This document shows positions 38,237-48,424 of a DNA stretch of 64,000 bases, piece after piece. The notes beneath the pieces are model-generated. The model saw nothing but the letters and a program-made list of their open reading frames with translations, was not told where the DNA came from and ran no database searches. This DNA comes from a virus: the UHGV virus genome UHGV-0105148; one strand, given 5' to 3'. Within the stretch, counting starts at the first letter, position 1. Each line of letters opens with the position of its first letter. The translations under genes and the position numbers were made by a program.

Positions 38237-39955
38237 TTATTGAAATTCATACTCTGATAACCCATGGTTTTTCTTTACAGTTAACGTTTTGGCATTTGGG
38301 ATAGGTAAAGATTCCTGATGAGTGATTAGAAATAGAGTTTTATCCCTATAAACTTTTCTTATTAAACCTATTACAACTTCTATATTATCTGAACTAAGTG
38401 ATTCAAATACTTCGTCCAGAAAAGCTATATTAATCCCTTTAGCTTCTGTCATAACTTCATTCATAGCAAAAGCCATAGCTAAGTTGCACAGTTGTTTTTC
38501 ACCACCAGATAATTCCTCATAGAATACATCTACTCCATCCTTAACTATCAGGGTGATAAAATCTTTTTTAGTAGAGTTTAAATCTACTTTAAATTGGATA
38601 TTAAAACCTAAAATCTCAGAATAGGATTCTAATACCTGGTTTAAATATCCAAGTGATGATTCAAATAAGAAAGCTTTTATACCATTATTTCCAAAGGGGT
38701 CAGTGTAAGCCCACTTATATAAATCTCTTTCCTCAGTTAATTTTTTAAGTTGTGATTCCAGAGTTCTTTTTTTACCTAAAGATTCATCCATCTTAGAGTT
38801 ATATTTTTTAACTATAGAATCCATATCTATGTTAGTTAATTTCAATTCTCTAAGTTGGTTCCTATAGAATGATATTTCTTCTTTGGCCTTTTGTATTTTA
38901 AGAAATAACCTCCTATTTTCATCCCTCTTTGAATAGAGAGAGCTAAGATTGGTATTTAATTCTTGTATCTCTTTAGTTTTTTCAGTAATAATTCCAAATG
39001 ACTCTTTTATCTCTTTGAGTTCAGATAAGGCTGTAGAATATTTCTTAGATTCTAATAATTGTATTACTTGATTGATTAATTCTTTTAGCGATATTCCAGA
39101 TATTCCTTTAGCATTTTTTAGAGTTTCATTAGCAAGGTGTATCTTCTCTTTTATTTTAGAAGTTTCTTTATCTATAGTTTCAATTACGTCATCTGTATAT
39201 GTAGCCGTCAAATTCTTATATGTCTTTGTAGCCAAGGATTTAGACTCTTTCAATGAAGCCCTTTTCTGGTTGTATATTTTTTCAGCATTCCTTGCCCTAT
39301 CCTGTTCTTCTTTATAACTCTCTACCTGTGAATGGTATATAGCTATAACAGAGTTTAATTTAGACTGAGTTATAAATACCTCCTTATCTAATTGAGAATA
39401 TTTATCTTGAGCTATCTTCTTAGCTTTAGTTATATAATTCAAGGAAAATATCTCTTCAAACAGATTCTTTTTATCACTACCAGATTCCTGAATTAATCTC
39501 TTCATACCTTGTCCAAACATTATGGAATTTATAAACAGGTTATAAGACATTCCCAGGTTTTTATCTATAAGCGCCTGTAACTGAATCTTAGTTTTTTCTT
39601 TTACTGGTTCAGCATCTATAAGATATATAAGGCGATTATTACCCTTAGCTCCCCCTACCTCACCTTTATATTCTAGACAACGTATAACTTTATGAACTTT
39701 ACCATCTCCTGGTTTAAAGTATATCTCTACTTTAGTACCCCTATAATCTTTAGATCTAAACTTTTTCCAGGTATTCACATCTGAAATACCCTTGAGATTT
39801 TTACCATACAAAGCCCAAACTATTGCTGATAAAAAATTACTTTTCCCATACCCATTTGGACCCCTTACTATGGTTATCTTTTGGGTATTTAAAGGCATTT
39901 CTAGAGAAGTTATACTACAAAACCCCTCTATATATATTTTATTAAACTCAATCAT
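38237..39955 (-). CDS. sbcC: SbcC/Rad50/gp46-like recombination ATPase
   Basis: GPNGYGKS, FGQ Q-loop, coiled coil, LSGGE, FLDEVF, LITH. Confidence 0.92.
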   Translation of the reverse strand: MIEFNKIYIEGFCSITSLEMPLNTQKITIVRGPNGYGKSNFLSAIVWALYGKNLKGISDVNTWKKFRSKDYRGTKVEIYFKPGDGKVHKVIRCLEYKGEVGGAKGNNRLIYLIDAEPVKEKTKIQLQALIDKNLGMSYNLFINSIMFGQGMKRLIQESGSDKKNLFEEIFSLNYITKAKKIAQDKYSQLDKEVFITQSKLNSVIAIYHSQVESYKEEQDRARNAEKIYNQKRASLKESKSLATKTYKNLTATYTDDVIETIDKETSKIKEKIHLANETLKNAKGISGISLKELINQVIQLLESKKYSTALSELKEIKESFGIITEKTKEIQELNTNLSSLYSKRDENRRLFLKIQKAKEEISFYRNQLRELKLTNIDMDSIVKKYNSKMDESLGKKRTLESQLKKLTEERDLYKWAYTDPFGNNGIKAFLFESSLGYLNQVLESYSEILGFNIQFKVDLNSTKKDFITLIVKDGVDVFYEELSGGEKQLCNLAMAFAMNEVMTEAKGINIAFLDEVFESLSSDNIEVVIGLIRKVYRDKTLFLITHQESLPIPNAKTLTVKKNHGLSEYEFQ

Positions 39956-40928
39956 CTTCTACCTCCCTTATTATGTCAATCAGTAATGATTTCTTTTTAG
40001 GATCTTTTATACCTTTCTTCCTAAGGTACCTACTTACTAATCTTTTCTTTGAAAGGTTTCTGGTTATTTTATTAGTAGTATTATCTACTTCCTCTACCTG
40101 TTTTGATATCAAAGTATAATAATTACCATCATCTTTTATATCTTCTTCTTTTTCTACATCTATGAATTTAGGAAATTCTTCAAATGGGATAAACTTCATA
40201 GACATATCAGAATATAACTTCCAATATCCAAGATCACAATTCTTATCAGTTCTTCTTTGTTGTAATGGTGCTCCCACCATATATACTTTCTTTGATAACC
40301 TTTGTGGTTTATGAATATGCCCTATAAGAACTAGATCAAACCTTGAAACTATATTTACGTTTAGATTTTCTACTGAACCCACTTCTACACCATCAGTATC
40401 TCTTGCACCTGGATAATCAGTATGTAATAATAGGATATTTGGGATATCTAAATCTTTCCTACCTCTTATTATTTCTATACTCTTTACATAATCATTTAGA
40501 CCCTTATTATGATCAAGATATGGTACCCCATGAACTGCAAAATCATTATTAACTACTACTGAGTTAAAATCTATACATTCTAAAAACTCATATCTCTTAG
40601 ATAAAGTTTTTATCCAACTTGGGGATTGGTTTTCTTTAGTATTTGACTTACTCATGTCATGGTTAGCTGATATAGCATACATTTTCCAATTATCCCAATC
40701 CAATTCATCAAATACACCCATTACCTTTTCCAGCATTTCATTCTCCATATACTCTGGCTTATGAAATAAATCCCCGCAAAATAAAGCTGGGCAACCATAC
40801 TTCATGCATAAGGATTTAATCAAGAAAAGGACCCTAAAATGATTCAAGGTCCTTTTGTTTTCCTGATTAAATTTATTCCATAGGTTTATGTGTAAGTCAG
40901 AGAATACTATACCTACAACTTTTTTCAT
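39948..40928 (-). CDS. sbcD: SbcD/Mre11/gp47-like nuclease
   Basis: SDLH, GDLFH, ANHD, GHIH metallophosphoesterase motifs; adjacent to SbcC. Confidence 0.9.
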   Translation of the reverse strand: MKKVVGIVFSDLHINLWNKFNQENKRTLNHFRVLFLIKSLCMKYGCPALFCGDLFHKPEYMENEMLEKVMGVFDELDWDNWKMYAISANHDMSKSNTKENQSPSWIKTLSKRYEFLECIDFNSVVVNNDFAVHGVPYLDHNKGLNDYVKSIEIIRGRKDLDIPNILLLHTDYPGARDTDGVEVGSVENLNVNIVSRFDLVLIGHIHKPQRLSKKVYMVGAPLQQRRTDKNCDLGYWKLYSDMSMKFIPFEEFPKFIDVEKEEDIKDDGNYYTLISKQVEEVDNTTNKITRNLSKKRLVSRYLRKKGIKDPKKKSLLIDIIREVEDD

Positions 40929-41584
40929 ATACCAAGGAAATTTTTAACTATGGTAGTTCTTTTATTAAAATCAAGTTCATCTAATATCAAAACATCTATT
41001 TTCTTTCCTGATAGTGGTAAAGCTATAGTTCCAGTTTTTTCTCCCACAACCCAAGTTTTGACATTACTTGGTCTAAAGCTAAACATATCCAATATACCGA
41101 AAATAAGTTGAGATATCTGGAATTGGTAGTAGCTATTTAGTACTCTCTTATTATTGTCTTCTATCTCCCATTCATTTAAAAATTTAACTGTAAATGGTAC
41201 AAATATAAGATGGGTACATTCTCTTTCCAATAAAGATTCACAAGTAGTGATAAAATGTTCTATATCACAACTCTTGATATGTATGGATAGCTTATTTATT
41301 AAATAAGCTATAGAATCTACATAAGACCTATCAGTTACAAAGTTATATAGATTTCTTAATTGTTTGTGTCTAAGATTTAATACTTGATGATCCTGTTCAT
41401 ATATTAACTTAGGATCTTTAGTTATCATATCTGCATGTTTCTCATTTCTAGTTTGAGGTACTAAATCTGAGTAAGATCCAGATACAAATGATATACCATA
41501 TTCTTGCGATATATATTTAGCTAATGTAGTTTTTCCTACTCCGCTACATCCAGTAAGTTGGATTTTAATAGGGTGTTTTCCCAT
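40925..41584 (-). CDS. P-loop nucleotide kinase-like protein
   Basis: GCSGVGKTT and VTDRS (thymidylate/dNMP-kinase-like). Confidence 0.75.
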   Translation of the reverse strand: MGKHPIKIQLTGCSGVGKTTLAKYISQEYGISFVSGSYSDLVPQTRNEKHADMITKDPKLIYEQDHQVLNLRHKQLRNLYNFVTDRSYVDSIAYLINKLSIHIKSCDIEHFITTCESLLERECTHLIFVPFTVKFLNEWEIEDNNKRVLNSYYQFQISQLIFGILDMFSFRPSNVKTWVVGEKTGTIALPLSGKKIDVLILDELDFNKRTTIVKNFLGI

Positions 41585-42528
41585 GGTTTTAATTTTTTAA
41601 AAGGTTCCATATATTCCTCAGTTAAGAAAGACATTAACTGATGCTTCTTGAATATTTCTTTTAACTTCTCAACATATATACTCTTTCTTTTCTGTTTAAG
41701 AAGTGGTAGCTTTTTTATAGGGTATCTGGAGAGTGCAACTTTAATATCAATTAATTCCCTATTCCGTTTATATAATAACTCTAGACCATCATGATCTATG
41801 CCTTTAAAGGAATTTTTTTGATTGGATAAGAAACCCTCAATGGATTTAAATTCATCCAAGAATTGTCTTATCTTAACTGGACCCATACCCTTATAACCAG
41901 GGATATCATCTGACTTATCTCCAAGTAAACAAAGATAGTCTACACATTCATCAGCATTGTAATCCATATAATCACTACAAGTTTGATAGTGTATCATGGC
42001 ATCTTTGAATGGGTTGTATATCTTTACCCTATTATCCAGGAGTTGACAGAAGTCTTTATCTGATGATACTATGATAACTTTCCCTGGATAAGTTAGGGTT
42101 AGATACCCAATATAATCATCTGCTTCATGACCAAGTCCAACTTTATCCCAGATTACTGGTACATTTAATAATTTCAATATCTTCTTAACCAATCTAAGTT
42201 GTCTATTGAAATCATCATAATCTATATTTACTTTATTCTCTTTTCTGTGTTTTTTATAATCTTTTAATAATTCAACTCTGAAGTTGGATTCTTTGGATTC
42301 TTTAGTATCAAAAGTAACTATAACATAGCTTGTTCCAAATCTGATAACATAGCTTTGTAGTAACCTCATGAACCCATATACTAATCCTGTTGGCTTACCA
42401 TTTGGAGCTTTAAGATTTTTAAACTTTTGATAAGCTCTATGAGCTAAATTAGAACCATCTATAACTAATAGGGTTCTTAGTGGAACCCTATTCGTCTTCT
42501 TCCTCTTCTGCTTCTTCAAAGGACTCAT
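41536..42528 (-). CDS. 5'-3' exonuclease / flap endonuclease
   Basis: VIDGSNLAHR, YKKHR, EADDYI, SSDKDF, LLGDKSDDIPG. Confidence 0.92.
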   Translation of the reverse strand: MSPLKKQKRKKTNRVPLRTLLVIDGSNLAHRAYQKFKNLKAPNGKPTGLVYGFMRLLQSYVIRFGTSYVIVTFDTKESKESNFRVELLKDYKKHRKENKVNIDYDDFNRQLRLVKKILKLLNVPVIWDKVGLGHEADDYIGYLTLTYPGKVIIVSSDKDFCQLLDNRVKIYNPFKDAMIHYQTCSDYMDYNADECVDYLCLLGDKSDDIPGYKGMGPVKIRQFLDEFKSIEGFLSNQKNSFKGIDHDGLELLYKRNRELIDIKVALSRYPIKKLPLLKQKRKSIYVEKLKEIFKKHQLMSFLTEEYMEPFKKLKPWENTLLKSNLLDVAE

Positions 42529-43630
42529 ACTCTACATCCCCATCTATTGGGTAAAAGTTTTCAGTTAAACGATTAATTTGTTTTCTAGTTTGACCAATGG
42601 TATTTATTTCAGCTGCTCTTAGAAGCTTTCTTCTTAATGTTTCATCTTCTTCTAATAACTTCTGAAATTTCTCCTCCCCTCTACAGAGTTGTTTATCCTT
42701 GTATTTGTATACCCCACCACTGGATTTTTCTATGATATCGTTTTCTACAAATACATCCTCTAACCCAAAGTATTTATCAAACCCAACTTCATGAAACTTT
42801 GGATTGAAATATACTGGTACTTTAGATATAGTGGGTCTTGGAGGAGCTACTTTATTCTTAATCAAACGAATAGTAACTAATTTACCTGCTTTACGTTCCT
42901 TTCCCTTTGATTTAATTGTTATGCTTCTACCGGCATAAAAAGCTGCCCTGATTGAAGAATAGAATTTAAGAGCTGCTCCACCAGTAGTTGTAGTATTATC
43001 TTTACCAAAACCAACATTTAAAGCAGTTCTTAGCTGATTGATATAGATTTGGGTTATACCAAGTTTATAGAATAATTCACTCCTAATACGGAAGAATTTA
43101 TATAAAGCTTTTGCTCTACCCCCCATCTCACTCTTCCCATCTACCATTTTGGAATCAATATTATCTGCACAATCCATAGCAGCAATTGAATCCACTACTA
43201 AAAGTATTGGTTCATTATTAGTAAGTTGGGATCTCCAATATATTGCAACATCAGCTAAAGCATCAGCTATATTTTCTATACGAGTATCTCTAATAACTGT
43301 TACTCCATCCGGGTCTATACCATTTTCCTTAGCCCAGCTATTCATCCAAGCTTGTTCTGCATCTACCCAAATAACATGTCCACCTAATTGTTGAGTAGAA
43401 TATGCAAAGTTATATGCTATCAAGGATTTACCCGATGATTCTTCTCCAGCTACCTCTAGTATCTTTCCGAAAGGAATACCACCACCAAATGTATAATTAA
43501 GCATAAAGAAAGTAGAAGGTAACCATAGACCTGATTCTTTTGTTTCGGAAGCAGATACTATCATATCCCCATATCTTTTGCTTAATTCATTAGCTGTTGG
43601 AACTTTCAGACCCACTTTCTTCTTTGCCAT
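42488..43630 (-). CDS. recA: RecA/UvsX recombinase
   Basis: GGIPFGKILEVAGEESSGKS, VVDSIAA, INQLR, GGAALKFYSS, KNKVAPP. Confidence 0.95.
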   Translation of the reverse strand: MAKKKVGLKVPTANELSKRYGDMIVSASETKESGLWLPSTFFMLNYTFGGGIPFGKILEVAGEESSGKSLIAYNFAYSTQQLGGHVIWVDAEQAWMNSWAKENGIDPDGVTVIRDTRIENIADALADVAIYWRSQLTNNEPILLVVDSIAAMDCADNIDSKMVDGKSEMGGRAKALYKFFRIRSELFYKLGITQIYINQLRTALNVGFGKDNTTTTGGAALKFYSSIRAAFYAGRSITIKSKGKERKAGKLVTIRLIKNKVAPPRPTISKVPVYFNPKFHEVGFDKYFGLEDVFVENDIIEKSSGGVYKYKDKQLCRGEEKFQKLLEEDETLRRKLLRAAEINTIGQTRKQINRLTENFYPIDGDVEYESFEEAEEEEDE

Positions 43631-44000
43631 TTTCTTCTCTTTGTTTTTTAATGATTCTATCCTTCATTACTTTACTTATACTGCTTATAAATAAATCAAC
43701 TATAGCTTCCCTCTGAGCTGCTGATAAGTTACTGGCTTTGTGAGCAATATCTATAAAGTGTTCTTTTAATGAATCAAAATTAAATTCTTCTCTTTCTATT
43801 AATGTATCCCATGGAGTTCTTATATACCTATGACCCTTTTCTAGAATTGGTCTATTGTTATACCTTTCTATGTAATCATTTATATATACTTTGAACTCTG
43901 GACTTTCTATGATCTCCAGGAAAGATTTTTCATCATGGGTTTGAGTCTCTACTTTTACTGGAGTAAGTTTACTCTTTTTTTCACCTATAATTGTTGCCAT
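43590..44000 (-). CDS. Hypothetical protein
   Basis: 136-aa ORF. Confidence 0.65.
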   Translation of the reverse strand: MATIIGEKKSKLTPVKVETQTHDEKSFLEIIESPEFKVYINDYIERYNNRPILEKGHRYIRTPWDTLIEREEFNFDSLKEHFIDIAHKASNLSAAQREAIVDLFISSISKVMKDRIIKKQREENGKEESGSESSNS

Positions 44001-44014
44001 ACTGTTTTACAATT

Positions 44015-44050
44015 AAAAAAGCCAGGACAGTAACTAATACCACCCTGGCT
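44015..44050 (-). terminator. Intrinsic terminator
   Basis: AGCCAGG/CCTGGCT stem plus T6. Confidence 0.7.
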
Positions 44051-44077
44051 AAGATTAGAAAGTGGTATCAACTAATA

Positions 44078-44866
44078 CTAGATATCACCTTTGTATTTTT
44101 TCTTTTTCAATGTTTTATTTTTAGGTTTTTCATCTTCTTCATCTTCATCATTGAAAGATGATCCCATGAACTCGTTTAACATTTCTTCTAGTTCATCATA
44201 GGATTTCATTTGACCTCGTATGATCTCTTCTAGATTCATTTCTTTTCTATACTTAGGATCAAGAGGTTTCCTTCCAGGACATGGGTTAACTGTATAAGTA
44301 GTATCCATCAAACCTTCTCCAGCTCTAGTTATTTTGATATCATAACCTTCTTCTGGATCAGTCATATCACCCCAATCATCTTCATCAAGATATAAATCAG
44401 TAATACCTTGATAAACTGATCTTGGGATTAAGATGGGTTTACATACTCTATCAGTATCAACCTCTTTACCTTTTTCATCCTTATAACAGGTACCACCAAC
44501 TATATATCGTCTACGAGGTACCAGTTTCTTTGCAAGTTCTTGATCATCTTCATCATCAGAACCCTTTAACTCTTGATACTTTTCCATAAATGGACAAGGC
44601 TCATCAAAAGTAGCTGGAGAGATAATACCACCCTTATCTTTATTAAGATAAAATTGTACTACCTCTAAACCAAGTTCTTTATCATCACCCTGATCCATGA
44701 GTCGTACCCGCAAAGTACCCTTTTTAGGAAATATCAATCCGCCACCTCCATTACTACGTTCTTCTAACTTCTTCTTTCTCTGGAGCATTCTTTCCCGGGT
44801 ACTCATTACCTTTGTAGGAGTATCATCACCCAAAGATTTTTTCTTTTTCTTTACTACTTTTACCAT
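44078..44866 (-). CDS. Single-stranded DNA-binding protein (gp32-like)
   Basis: RVRL, CPF, DMTDPEEGYDIKITRAGEG..TTYTV, acidic C-terminus. Confidence 0.8.
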   Translation of the reverse strand: MVKVVKKKKKSLGDDTPTKVMSTRERMLQRKKKLEERSNGGGGLIFPKKGTLRVRLMDQGDDKELGLEVVQFYLNKDKGGIISPATFDEPCPFMEKYQELKGSDDEDDQELAKKLVPRRRYIVGGTCYKDEKGKEVDTDRVCKPILIPRSVYQGITDLYLDEDDWGDMTDPEEGYDIKITRAGEGLMDTTYTVNPCPGRKPLDPKYRKEMNLEEIIRGQMKSYDELEEMLNEFMGSSFNDEDEEDEKPKNKTLKKKKYKGDI

Positions 44867-44872
44867 GATATC

Positions 44873-45259
44873 TTATCTATTATTAGGTTCAACATATATA
44901 ACCTCATTCAATGATAGAATAGTAAAAGTGTGATCCTTAAAAGCTCTTTCTAATTCTTCATCCTTGAATGTAGGTTCTAATTCTTTACCAGCATACAAAC
45001 CATAGGTAATTATATGACCAATTTTTAACATGTGTCTGTATGTATTATATTCCTCGGTAATTGGTCCAAATCCAACAATTACCCCTTTACGAGGTACCCC
45101 CTCTTTTACTATATCTGGTACATATAATCCACTAGAAGTTTGTCTATCTGATTCTTTTGGAGAAATAATAACCACCCTATTTTCAGTTGGCGACCCAATA
45201 AGAGATTCAGAGATTTTCTCTGCTACTTGTTTTGAAGGTAAATTAAGTTTTAAATCCAT
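44873..45259 (-). CDS. groES: GroES/Cpn10 co-chaperonin
   Basis: PTENRVVI, TSSGLYVP mobile loop, GVIVGFGP, YAGKEL. Confidence 0.82.
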   Translation of the reverse strand: MDLKLNLPSKQVAEKISESLIGSPTENRVVIISPKESDRQTSSGLYVPDIVKEGVPRKGVIVGFGPITEEYNTYRHMLKIGHIITYGLYAGKELEPTFKDEELERAFKDHTFTILSLNEVIYVEPNNR

Positions 45260-45270
45260 AGCTTTGATTA

Positions 45271-45705
45271 TTATGATTGTTTACGAATGTTAGCTGACAA
45301 AGTTTGTATTATTCTTTCCCTTGATTCATAAGCTCTACATATACTTATTAACTTATTAGCTTTATGAACTGCTTTTAAATATCGTTCTTCTACTGATAAA
45401 TACTTAGGGTTTACTAAAGCTTTGTGATTAGCTGTATCATTGTTTAATCTATTGTCTGACTCTTTATAAAATAACCAAGCTTTGCTATAAGCAATATTTT
45501 TTTCCCTTTCTAGAGCATCCCTTTTTTTAATTAGGTTATCTCTTAGTAAGCTTAAAAAAGCATAACTAGAAGGGATATTTTTAAGCTGGGAATTGATTAT
45601 ATTTTCATCTATAGAGAGTTCTTTTGTAATATTTATGGTAATTAGTTTACCTTTATATTTAACTGAGATAGTATCATCTCTTACCTCGCTTATCTTTTTC
45701 TCCAT
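45271..45705 (-). CDS. UvsY-like recombination mediator
   Basis: 144-aa helical protein with ELSIDE...RAYESR pattern, near RecA and SSB. Confidence 0.55.
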   Translation of the reverse strand: MEKKISEVRDDTISVKYKGKLITINITKELSIDENIINSQLKNIPSSYAFLSLLRDNLIKKRDALEREKNIAYSKAWLFYKESDNRLNNDTANHKALVNPKYLSVEERYLKAVHKANKLISICRAYESRERIIQTLSANIRKQS

Positions 45706-47942
45706 GACTCTTCAAAATAAGATTTGAACTTCTTTGGATAATCCGAAATAGCAATACCTTTTACTTTCTTGTGTTGGTTATAATACTCATCTATGTCAAA
45801 ATTCCCTGATAACATTTTATTATAATCATACCCGGGTATATAAGGTAATTCTTCTGCCATAGTTCTACCAATTGTAAAATCCATTGACATATCCACGTCC
45901 TTGATCTCAAAATCAAAAAACTCTTTAGTAGATGGGTTACGACAAATATCCCAAATCCTATATATTGTATCAGGAGTAATATATCTTGGTTCTATAAATT
46001 GATATACTGAGTCGTGTACTGTATTTACCTCTTTCATTGGAGGGAATTCACCTTTCTTAACTTTTTCCCATACTATAATAGAAGCAAATAATGCCATATC
46101 TGATGCTGCTGATTGACATGGCATATTAGTGGATTGTCTCAATGCTTCAAGATATTCTGAAAAATTATCAGAGTATACATTTGGACACCTTCTTCTCCTA
46201 CCAAATAAAGAAACGCAATATCCATGTTTTTCCATGAACTTATGTTGCTTGTCCATGAATTTCTTTATCTTTGGGAAAGTAGTAAAGTATTCATCCAAAA
46301 ATTGTTGTCCCTCTGAATCATCAACTTTTTCTTCTGGAGTAGATAATGACTCAGCTAACTTATGTGCTGACTGTTCATAAACTATACCAAAGTTAATGGT
46401 TTTAGCCTGTTTTCTCCTCTTTTTCCACAAAGGATATAATTCATGTTGTTCATCTTCATATATCTTTAGTATCTCATCATAATTCTCATGATACTTTTTA
46501 CATGCAGATGCCAAGTGAATATCCTTACCGGTTCTAAACCATTCCAACATGGTTTCTTCTTTAGCTAAATGAGCTAATATTCGGAGTTCTGCTTGAGAAT
46601 AATCATAAGCTAAGAATAGTTTCCCAGGAGGTGGTATAAATTGCTTTTTTATATCTGGATTAACCATTACTTTTGGAATATTCTGACCATTTGGATTTTT
46701 TGAAGATAAACGTCCAGAAGTAGTTCCATGAATTAGAAAGGTGGGGTGAACTTTATTATCACTTTGTACAAGTTCCCTCAATCCAACTATATAAGTTGAA
46801 TTCATTTTGTCCAGCCCTCTTAGGTCAAGTAAAGCTTTTATAAACCCAGACTTATCTTGATCAAGTATTTTGGTTAGAGTACCCTCAGAGGTACTTGGAT
46901 TATTAGTTGGCTTATTTTTCTTATCTTTAGTATATTCTACAATTGGGAATTTAAAACCTTTTGGGGATATATACAACAAATCAACCATCTGTTTGGTTGA
47001 ATTAAAGTTTACGGGTTCTATCAATTTCTTTTCATCATTAGTTTGATATTCCCCAGCTAATACTCTTGATATCTTATCTTCTCTATTTTTTACACCCCTT
47101 GCTTTTTTGGGATCACTAGAGAGTTCTTCTATTTCTTGGGTTAGTTTATCTATGTAATCCCTTTTTCTTTGCTCTAGACTATATTTTTGATACCTTTTTA
47201 TCTGTCTTACACTCCTAAGTTTATCATTGGTTTCTTGAATTAACTTGGAGTATTTATCTTGTAATTGATCATTAAATTGCAAGTCTATTGGCAAACCATT
47301 AGTTTCTGCATCTTGAAGTACCTTACTTGCAGGCATTATAAGATTTCTATATAAATTATAGAATCCCTTATCAATCAATTTCTTTTCAAGAAATAGACCC
47401 AATCTTAAAGTGAAGTCAGTATCCATGCAACCATATCTTGCCAATGGTTCTAATGGTTTTTTATCCCAATCAATACTTTCAAACTTATCATATTTTTCAT
47501 AGTCTGCAAACTCTGGTAAATATTTAGCTACCATTGGTTTCAAACCATGAGGTTTCTCTTCATTCAAAAGATATTTAGCTAACATGGTATCTATGACAGT
47601 ACCCCTTACATAAATACCATACTTAACAAATATCTGATTATCAAATTTGAAGTTCTGAGCTACCTTTACTACTTTAGGATTTTCCACTACCTTCCTACCA
47701 AAATACTGTAACCATTTTAACCATGGTATATCCTGTACTGATTCATCAAAATGTTGTAATGGAATAGAACAGCCAGAACCAACTTGAAATGACACGGATA
47801 ATATAGTGGGTTTAAAAGTATCCTTATATATCCCCTCAGCATTAGTTTCAAAGTCGACAGAAGCATATCCCGTATGGAGACATGCTTCTACCAATTGTTT
47901 TAGTTCTTTGAAACTTCTTATGATTTTATATCTTGTAAACAT
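45690..47942 (-). CDS. polA: Family A DNA polymerase with 3'-5' exonuclease
   Basis: DFET, NFKFD, TSGRLSSKNPNGQNIP, DYSQAELR, KTINFGIVY, VHDS. Confidence 0.95.
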   Translation of the reverse strand: MFTRYKIIRSFKELKQLVEACLHTGYASVDFETNAEGIYKDTFKPTILSVSFQVGSGCSIPLQHFDESVQDIPWLKWLQYFGRKVVENPKVVKVAQNFKFDNQIFVKYGIYVRGTVIDTMLAKYLLNEEKPHGLKPMVAKYLPEFADYEKYDKFESIDWDKKPLEPLARYGCMDTDFTLRLGLFLEKKLIDKGFYNLYRNLIMPASKVLQDAETNGLPIDLQFNDQLQDKYSKLIQETNDKLRSVRQIKRYQKYSLEQRKRDYIDKLTQEIEELSSDPKKARGVKNREDKISRVLAGEYQTNDEKKLIEPVNFNSTKQMVDLLYISPKGFKFPIVEYTKDKKNKPTNNPSTSEGTLTKILDQDKSGFIKALLDLRGLDKMNSTYIVGLRELVQSDNKVHPTFLIHGTTSGRLSSKNPNGQNIPKVMVNPDIKKQFIPPPGKLFLAYDYSQAELRILAHLAKEETMLEWFRTGKDIHLASACKKYHENYDEILKIYEDEQHELYPLWKKRRKQAKTINFGIVYEQSAHKLAESLSTPEEKVDDSEGQQFLDEYFTTFPKIKKFMDKQHKFMEKHGYCVSLFGRRRRCPNVYSDNFSEYLEALRQSTNMPCQSAASDMALFASIIVWEKVKKGEFPPMKEVNTVHDSVYQFIEPRYITPDTIYRIWDICRNPSTKEFFDFEIKDVDMSMDFTIGRTMAEELPYIPGYDYNKMLSGNFDIDEYYNQHKKVKGIAISDYPKKFKSYFEESWRKR

Positions 47943-48154
47943 TCTTCAGCTATTTGTTTTGATGATTCAGATTTTCTTAGGAAAAGGTCACTTGGAAAAA
48001 GTAACATTCCTGTATTGCATACTGGACAATCAACTTCATCCCTATTAAAAAGAGAATTATGTTGAACTTCTGTTATTTCAAATTCTATTAGTGAATTGCA
48101 TTTACAACAACGTTTAATATAAACTTGGTCTTCACCCTTTTCAAGAATCCTCAT
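47918..48154 (-). CDS. Small zinc-ribbon protein
   Basis: CCKC...CPVC. Confidence 0.7.
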   Translation of the reverse strand: MRILEKGEDQVYIKRCCKCNSLIEFEITEVQHNSLFNRDEVDCPVCNTGMLLFPSDLFLRKSESSKQIAEECLQDIKS

Positions 48155-48176
48155 AGCTTTATGTTTATTAAATTAG

Positions 48177-48251
48177 TCGGGATGAAAGGATTCGAACCTT
48201 CGACCCCCTGCTCCCAAAGCAGGTACACTAACCTGACTGTGCTACATCCCG
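48177..48251 (-). tRNA. tRNA-Pro(TGG)
   Basis: CGGGATG acceptor, anticodon arm CCTGC-TT-TGG-GA-GCAGG, GGTTCGAATCC T-arm; CCA not encoded. Confidence 0.95.
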
Positions 48252-48257
48252 AAAAAG

Positions 48258-48342
48258 TACCAGGAACGGGAGTCGAACCCGTACAACCTCAATGGTTACA
48301 GGATTTTAAGTCCGGCGTGTCTACCTATTCCACCATCCTGGC
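48258..48342 (-). tRNA. tRNA-Leu(TAA)
   Basis: GCCAGGA acceptor, GGTAGACAC D-arm, CT-TAA-AA loop, long variable arm, GGTTCGACTCC. Confidence 0.93.
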
Positions 48343-48344
48343 AT

Positions 48345-48423
48345 AAATAGCAATCAAAGCTCTGGGCCATGGTTATGTAGGCATCGACCAACCTCCTACT
48401 ACCTAATCAGATAATTGCTATTT
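48345..48423 (-). ncRNA. Candidate small structured RNA between tRNAs
   Basis: Closed by a 10-bp AAATAGCAAT/ATTGCTATTT stem; GC-richer interior with crossing helices. Confidence 0.4.
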
Positions 48424-48424
48424 G

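Noticed and set aside
13961..47942. Introns or inteins in TerL, RecA or PolA
   Set aside because: The ORFs are continuous and of ordinary length, with no intein or homing-endonuclease motifs.
48125..48346. 73-aa plus-strand ORF
   Set aside because: Antisense to two clear tRNA genes.
48345..48423. Hammerhead or theta (HDV-like) ribozyme assignment
   Set aside because: CTGATTA does not match the CUGANGA/GAAA core and I could not build the HDV nested double pseudoknot by eye; kept only as an unassigned structured element.
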